64,000 nucleotides of DNA from a bacterium (GTDB taxonomy: Bacteria > Elusimicrobiota > Elusimicrobia > Elusimicrobiales > UBA9959). The stretch spans positions 90,483 through 154,482 of the forward strand of contig JAJZPL010000002.1 in NCBI GenBank assembly GCA_021811185.1. The letters are read 5' to 3'. Positions 58,500 to 64,000 of the stretch are shown one piece after another. The position numbers were made by a program, and so were the translations under genes. The stretch's first letter is position 1; every line of letters begins with the position of its first letter. Below the pieces are notes generated by a model. It had not been told where the DNA came from. It did not search any database and saw nothing but the letters and a program-made list of their open reading frames with translations.

Positions 58500-59063
58500 T
58501 TAAAACAAGCAGGTTGCTTCAGTACGGAATGGCGTTTGTGTCGTTTCGGGAGTGCGCCGGATGTATTCCACCGCGCTTGCGCGCGTCTTCGGATCTAGAT
58601 TCTTTAGATATTCTAAGGCTGTCGCTACGGAGAATGGTTGCTTGTATACCTCTTCAAAATTTGAGGTTAAGGCGGTCCAAACTATAGCATCGAATCCTTG
58701 CTGAATAGCCCAACGGCGAATAGTTTGGCAGGCGGAAGGATGCTGAGTGTGTGCCCAGGTTTGTACCGTGTCAGTCCGTAAATTTATAAATCCTATTCTG
58801 CTTTGATTGCTGCGCTCTCTTTTTCCCAAGTCGATAATGCTTTCATCCAACACATTGCGTGAACTGGTAATAAATTGAGTTGATACGGGTGCCCCATTAA
58901 TGGGGTCAATCACCAGCGTCAAGCAGCCAGCTCTGACACCTCTTTGAGAGATACGAGAAAACTCAATTGGTATAACTGGACCGCCAGTCTGCCAGTCACC
59001 AGTGACGGGTAATTCTCCACGCTCAGTAATTAAGGAGCCCCATCCAAGGATTGCAATCTTCAT
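58500..59063 (-). CDS. Hypothetical protein, gamma-glutamylcyclotransferase-like N-terminus
   Basis: MKIAILGWGSLI resembles the GGCT/AIG2 YGSL loop; starts 10 bp after the SMC ATPase stop. Confidence 0.65.
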   Translation of the reverse strand: MKIAILGWGSLITERGELPVTGDWQTGGPVIPIEFSRISQRGVRAGCLTLVIDPINGAPVSTQFITSSRNVLDESIIDLGKRERSNQSRIGFINLRTDTVQTWAHTQHPSACQTIRRWAIQQGFDAIVWTALTSNFEEVYKQPFSVATALEYLKNLDPKTRASAVEYIRRTPETTQTPFRTEATCLF

Positions 59064-59073
59064 AGGAAGGCAT

Positions 59074-61023
59074 TTATTTACCCCGATACTTTTTGATAAG
59101 TGGGGGATTTTCCACATCATCCGGTTTCATATGTCTTTCCTGGAAATCCAGTTTCTTGGGGTCTTCTGGACGAAATATCTCTTTATCTATTACTATGAAC
59201 TGAGTTCCTTTTAATTCAGTTTCCGCTAGCTTATGAAGCATTTTGTGGAACCCTGCAAATTGCATGAGATTCTCTCTTTCGCTGACGTTTTTCATTGGTG
59301 AATCAATAATTAAAATCGTTGGCAATGTTACGCCATTCCTTACTGCCAATCTGTGAATAGCAACCGCAAAACAACATTTAAAGAATGTTTTTTTACCTCC
59401 ACTGCCCAAATTGGCAAAGGAAGTTCGCACTATATCACCAGTACTTTGACCGTAGACTTGTGGTAGGAATTTTGGGGAGTTTATTTCCACAGAGTCGTCA
59501 GATTTAAAGCCGTGGAGATGAGACTTTACCAAACAATCAAGGAATAACTCCTTAAGAAGATCCAGGTTTGAAGTATCCTTCTCCGCTTCAGCACGCACGA
59601 TTTTTAATTCAGCCCTAATTTCGGCTTCACGGCCTGCCAATTGAATAGTTTCTTCCTGAAGTTTCTCTATTTTATTTGCCAAAGCCTCTACCTGCTGCAA
59701 ATCCTCTGTCCTCTGTATGAGTCGCGCGCGTTCTTTTTCAAATGCCAATGCTGCGGCCAAGTATTTGGAATCATACTCTCGCAATGCCTGTTCTAAATCG
59801 TTATCGACCGTCGTTTTTTCACTGGCAATATCTTGCCGTTGGCGTTTTAGACGTCTCGTTTCCTCTAATTGCAGGTCAATCCGTTCCTGCAATTCATCTG
59901 CGCGGGCCTTTGTATCTGCCTCAATTGCGTCATCATTGATGGGACTTTGCGGCATATCCTGGTGGGCCTGTCCGCAAACGGGGCAAAGAGTTCCATCCTT
60001 GGGCTCCAAAGGTTGATAGCACTGAGGACACTGTATAAACTCTATACCCGTCAAAACGGAGCGAGCGGCTTGTGCTCGTTTCTGGCGAGTCGCCAATGAG
60101 AGAAGTGTATTTCTATGGCTTTTATCTCTTGCAATAGTTTGTTCAAGATCATCCAAGGCAGCATCTGTTTCCGCTATTTGGAAGGAGAGTTTGCGGCCTC
60201 TCTGTTGCAAAAGCTCCGTCTCATGGGAACGTAATTTTCCAGTTTCGGTGCGTATTTTTTGTATCTGAATCTCTAACCTTTCAACCTCAGCCTTAATCTT
60301 TTGACGAAGGGCCTCAATTTCCAGGGGCGTAGCCAAATGTTCTACAGCGAGAGCTTCCTTAATGGCCTCTGCCGCAGATTCACAGCGAAGTTTCTTGTCT
60401 TTCACCAACTCTAATTCTGCTTCTAAATCGGATACTCTTTCTTGGTGGAAACCCAAAATCAGGCGCAAAACGTCACGGCTTTTCAATTGAACGGCAAAGT
60501 TTGCCGCTTCATCAAGATTAAAAAAACTGCTGTCCATCGACTCCTGATTAAGGTAACAGTACCAAAACATATCGCGGAAGCTTAATCGGACGAGTTCAGA
60601 TTCTTCTTTAAGTTTACTTTTGCGGACGTGTGGGGGGGTAACTCCTGCCAAACGGAATAACAAGTCTGAAAGCACTTCAATTCCAGTCCCTATAAGGACT
60701 TCACCATTAGCCACCTTGCCTGGAATTAAAACGTCATAAGGTTGATCTTTTTCTGTCCACTGGGCGTGGATTTTGTTTTCGCCGGAATTCCGAGTGAGAA
60801 AAAGTGGCGTCCCATTTATTTCAATGTCTAAAGTCGCCGACACGAACTCCTGTTGCAGGGCTGGAGTATATTCCAGTTTGCCTCCGAGACAGAAATCGAT
60901 TAGGCGGGCGATGGTTGACTTGCCGGACCCCATTGGCCCGTAGTAATAATTAAACTTGGAAAAAGTCAGAATATCATTCTCTTTCTTGCAGTTCAGTGTG
61001 AGTTGTCGGATGTGGAAATTCAT
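59074..61023 (-). CDS. lmuB: SMC/Rad50-like ABC ATPase (Lamassu / ABC-3C sensor)
   Basis: Walker A GPMGSGKS, coiled coils around CPQC...CPVC, signature LGSGG, Walker B ILIIDSP. Confidence 0.85.
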   Translation of the reverse strand: MNFHIRQLTLNCKKENDILTFSKFNYYYGPMGSGKSTIARLIDFCLGGKLEYTPALQQEFVSATLDIEINGTPLFLTRNSGENKIHAQWTEKDQPYDVLIPGKVANGEVLIGTGIEVLSDLLFRLAGVTPPHVRKSKLKEESELVRLSFRDMFWYCYLNQESMDSSFFNLDEAANFAVQLKSRDVLRLILGFHQERVSDLEAELELVKDKKLRCESAAEAIKEALAVEHLATPLEIEALRQKIKAEVERLEIQIQKIRTETGKLRSHETELLQQRGRKLSFQIAETDAALDDLEQTIARDKSHRNTLLSLATRQKRAQAARSVLTGIEFIQCPQCYQPLEPKDGTLCPVCGQAHQDMPQSPINDDAIEADTKARADELQERIDLQLEETRRLKRQRQDIASEKTTVDNDLEQALREYDSKYLAAALAFEKERARLIQRTEDLQQVEALANKIEKLQEETIQLAGREAEIRAELKIVRAEAEKDTSNLDLLKELFLDCLVKSHLHGFKSDDSVEINSPKFLPQVYGQSTGDIVRTSFANLGSGGKKTFFKCCFAVAIHRLAVRNGVTLPTILIIDSPMKNVSERENLMQFAGFHKMLHKLAETELKGTQFIVIDKEIFRPEDPKKLDFQERHMKPDDVENPPLIKKYRGK

Positions 61024-61595
61024 AATTCGATGGGGTTCCCCCATTTCATGGAAATTATTTCAGGGACTATTTTGTATACGAACGATGTTAGTTTGGTTGA
61101 TGGCATATGCCCTACTGCCCCATTAACCGTCTTCGCTCTTTCGACAAGGGCGGTAAATCCATTATCCGCTTCCAATCTACCCGCCAGGGTCTTGCCGGCT
61201 TCAGTAAGTTGTATTTTCACTGTTCTGCCTTCGCGATAAACTATTGCTAATTGCTTTGCCACTAAGATGCTAAGCCATCGGCGATATCTGGGATCCCAGG
61301 GCCCAAAGCGAAATCGTATCATCCGGGCCTCAATAGTATCCCTGTCTTCTTCTGGTATGCCAGAAGTGGCAGCCTCAGCTGTTTCCCCTGGTTTTTTTAG
61401 TTCCGCCAACGCACGCGCTAGGACATTTGGATAACGGAGCAAAAAATCCATCTTTGCCAGCTTCATTATCCCTTCCAGTGGCCTGGGTGTCTTTCCCCTG
61501 CCTGCGGCAACCTTTAGTAACAGTAATAGCCGTGCTTCATTGAACTCATCAGAGTTTTCTATAGCAGCGGCTGTTTTAAGAATTCTTAAACTCAT
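61020..61595 (-). CDS. lmuC: ABC-3C middle component (kleisin/wHTH-like)
   Basis: ARLLLLL...KLAKMDFLLRYP...RFGPWD...LTEAG; 4-bp overlaps with both neighbours. Confidence 0.72.
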   Translation of the reverse strand: MSLRILKTAAAIENSDEFNEARLLLLLKVAAGRGKTPRPLEGIMKLAKMDFLLRYPNVLARALAELKKPGETAEAATSGIPEEDRDTIEARMIRFRFGPWDPRYRRWLSILVAKQLAIVYREGRTVKIQLTEAGKTLAGRLEADNGFTALVERAKTVNGAVGHMPSTKLTSFVYKIVPEIISMKWGNPIEL

Positions 61596-62857
61596 GATTT
61601 TTCTTCTAAATCGAATTTATCACTCCACCAAACTAAACAACTTTCGGTTAAGATCCCAGCCATACCCATTAGCGCCTCATACGGTTGGTGCGCTACTTTA
61701 CCAGGCTCGCTTTTAGCTATCTGGCGTAATCTGTCTTGCACGCTAATTAACATCCGCTGGCCATAAGGGGCTGCCCCCTGTGCTGCGCGCAATTGCGCAT
61801 CGTCGCATTCCGTCTTAACCACATTTTCTATCTGCACTAATTCAGCTTCGGTCTCCGGTCCACGCGTAGCCATTTCCAAGAAGATTGCTTCTGCGGAGAG
61901 CAACTGCGTACGTAAAGAATATGCATTGTTATCAAGGCCGCCTCGCTTGAGCTTTAAGTCAAAGCGTCGCTTATCCTTGCCTGTTTGCTTGAGGGGTTGC
62001 GTGGTGAGAGTCGGCAAATATCGGAAGGTCGGTGTTGTTAGATCACGACTTCTCAAAACGAACTCATCCACCGTTATTCTCTTGAAAGTTAGTTGGGGAT
62101 CTGGCTGTCCATCTTCGATATGACGAGGAAGGTGTCTCGCCGCGTCCTGAGCTGAAAGAGAGGATGCCCCAGTTACCATCGAGATCATATCTCGCACCAA
62201 GGGTTCCAATTTGTCTTGCGGGAGGCGACACCAGTCCAGTTGCCTTAAGTGGTTTTGTGCAAGCTCCGCGACAAATGATTCTCGAGAAGGGGGCAATTTT
62301 GCAAAACCGAATTTTTGAAGAACTGCGAATAGTTCTTCCGGAGTGGTTTTTGTTGTGACTTTGGCGAGCAAGGCATTAAAGCCTTTCGTCTCGGGGTCTG
62401 ACAGTGCGGTTGAGGATGCACTGGCAAGAACTGCTGAAACAAGACGCTGCGGAGAAAGATGCGTGGTCGCAGAGGCGTCACTCTCCGAAGACTCAACATT
62501 GGTAACAAAATTAAAGTGCTTAAAGCGCCCAGGGAAACGTTTGTTCAATCTTAAGAAGCCATTAATAGCGCTAACAAAGGCATCGTCTGTTAAGTTCCAC
62601 TTTCCGTTTTCCGGCTTTCTAGTTTTAACTTGGTAGGCATCGAAAGACTTGTCATCAATTTGCGCTAGGACATCGTCCTCCTGCTCACACCAGACGGCTA
62701 TATAGTCCCTTTTGCCAGCTGCAGCAGCAACAAGCAATACGACAGCATACGCTGATTGGTAACAAAAATTGCGGAATGTCTCGGCGCCAATATCTTGCGC
62801 GGGCAATTGTGTGATAGGACTTGGCAGTTCTGTATTAGAGTGTTCTTCAATTGACAT
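61592..62857 (-). CDS. lmuA: Cap4-like (DUF4297) dsDNA endonuclease effector
   Basis: G....RNFCYQ, CEQEDDV, YQVKT restriction-like motif; C-terminal GILTESCLVWW adaptor-type domain. Confidence 0.8.
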   Translation of the reverse strand: MSIEEHSNTELPSPITQLPAQDIGAETFRNFCYQSAYAVVLLVAAAAGKRDYIAVWCEQEDDVLAQIDDKSFDAYQVKTRKPENGKWNLTDDAFVSAINGFLRLNKRFPGRFKHFNFVTNVESSESDASATTHLSPQRLVSAVLASASSTALSDPETKGFNALLAKVTTKTTPEELFAVLQKFGFAKLPPSRESFVAELAQNHLRQLDWCRLPQDKLEPLVRDMISMVTGASSLSAQDAARHLPRHIEDGQPDPQLTFKRITVDEFVLRSRDLTTPTFRYLPTLTTQPLKQTGKDKRRFDLKLKRGGLDNNAYSLRTQLLSAEAIFLEMATRGPETEAELVQIENVVKTECDDAQLRAAQGAAPYGQRMLISVQDRLRQIAKSEPGKVAHQPYEALMGMAGILTESCLVWWSDKFDLEEKS

Positions 62858-63080
62858 GGCTAAGCATGTAGCAGTTTAGTTGCCACTTTGATCAGTCTTG
62901 CGCCCAAATACCGCAGATTTGCAATTAATGATTCCAAATCCCGGCCCTAAAGTTATAATACAAAAAAGTTAGGGGAGCAAACAGTTGCATAATTGTTTGC
63001 AGTTCAGCACTATTTCATTGTAAACAAGAAATTTTGCGTAAAAATTTGTAAAGTTGATGTTACTAGCTGGGGGAATAACA

Positions 63081-64000
63081 ATGAGCCTTACCTCTTTAAT
63101 CAGGTCTTCTGATTCGGAAACCAAACGCTTCTTCGATAAGCATTTCCCGAACGTGACTGAGGCTGTGAAATTAATTAATCAAGATCTGGCTGCTAAAAAG
63201 CTTCACGACTGTCTACCGAAAAAATCACCTGGACATGTATATGGCTGGGTGGGAACCGCTTTTGATTACAGGGCTAGATACTATTTAAAAATCACTCCAT
63301 ATAAACAGTTAATGGCCTATAGTGGCGGGAAAATATTTGAAAACAACCAAACCTTCGGAAAAAATCTTGACGCTTGGCTCCGAAGAACCCAAAAGCCTAA
63401 AAAGAAACTTACTGCCGTGCAAGAAAGGAATATCTGCTTGCTCACTCTTCTACTAGCTAAACTGGAAGTGTTGGGGCGGGCGTATATGGTCGAGTCTCCA
63501 GTGGAAGTGTTAGGCGAGGTGCACTATCCTATAGTAAAAGAAGCCATTGCGCAGCCGACGATCGCCAAGACACTCAAAATCCTTGCGGGCAAGTACGACC
63601 CTAACGTGGTTAAGGACCTTGCAGCGCTTTCCAGGATCTTTCGGAAGAATCTAGTGGCCTGGAATGTTCGTGCTTCTGTATTGAATCCTTTATTCGCCGG
63701 CAGTGCCGATGTCGGAGGCGCGGATGCTGATTTGATCCTTGGGTCTGTGTTAGTTGAAATTAAATGCAAGAAGAGAGCTATCGGGCGCAACGATATCTTT
63801 CAGCTAATCGGGTATAAACTGCTGGATTATCGGAATTGGTATGGGATCGATTGCCTGGGGATATATTTCGGGAGATATGGCATTCTTGAATACTGGCCGA
63901 TACAAAAGATGTTCAAGGGCTTGGGCTGCTCAATAAGCAGCATAAGCAAGCTGCGCGAAAAGTTCAGGCGCGCCATAGAGAAAGATATGCGATTTATTAA
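63081..64000 (+). CDS. PD-(D/E)XK nuclease-like protein (3' end outside the window; absent from the ORF track)
   Basis: Open from ATG 63081 (SD GGGGA) to the window end; my translation gives GTAFDYRAR, LNPLF, GGADADLIL...VEIKC, QLIGY. Confidence 0.75.
   Translation, partial: MSLTSLIRSSDSETKRFFDKHFPNVTEAVKLINQDLAAKKLHDCLPKKSPGHVYGWVGTAFDYRARYYLKITPYKQLMAYSGGKIFENNQTFGKNLDAWLRRTQKPKKKLTAVQERNICLLTLLLAKLEVLGRAYMVESPVEVLGEVHYPIVKEAIAQPTIAKTLKILAGKYDPNVVKDLAALSRIFRKNLVAWNVRASVLNPLFAGSADVGGADADLILGSVLVEIKCKKRAIGRNDIFQLIGYKLLDYRNWYGIDCLGIYFGRYGILEYWPIQKMFKGLGCSISSISKLREKFRRAIEKDMRFI

Larger units (their letters stand above)
52561..64000. mobile_element. Genomic (defence) island integrated at tRNA-Thr; continues beyond the window
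   Basis: Abrupt visible drop in GC and loss of host codon bias at the broken tRNA; defence-type cargo; no integrase seen in the window. Confidence 0.85.

Noticed and set aside
61592-62857. CBASS system suggested by the Cap4-like nuclease
   Set aside because: No CD-NTase or SAVED domain seen; the gene is coupled to a middle component and SMC ATPase, which fits Lamassu

Overview
Bacterial chromosomal window. The GC-rich core (1 to ~52560) looks like Elusimicrobiota, inferred from gene content and style only. It holds about 45 housekeeping/metabolic genes: several peptidases, apbE, deoB, pulA, an ECF sigma/anti-sigma pair, ispA-dxs, an AmmeMemoRadiSam cluster with apparent export signals, ade, a U32 pair, tRNA-fMet, a P-type ATPase, TerC, and a GAPOR-like oxidoreductase with ThiS. 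At ~52560 a tRNA-Thr(CGT) gene breaks off just after its anticodon arm and a visibly AT-richer genomic island runs to the window end. The island carries an XRE regulator with an operator-containing divergent promoter, three envelope genes, a HExxH protein, a RES protein, a Lamassu/ABC-three-component defence operon (Cap4-like nuclease, middle component, SMC ATPase) with a tightly linked fourth GGCT-like gene, and a PD-(D/E)XK nuclease absent from the ORF track. Other notable points: an initiator tRNA with non-canonical identity elements and almost no leader, many apparently leaderless mRNAs, and a twice-repeated ~50-bp palindrome. All calls come from reading motifs by eye; no searches were run.
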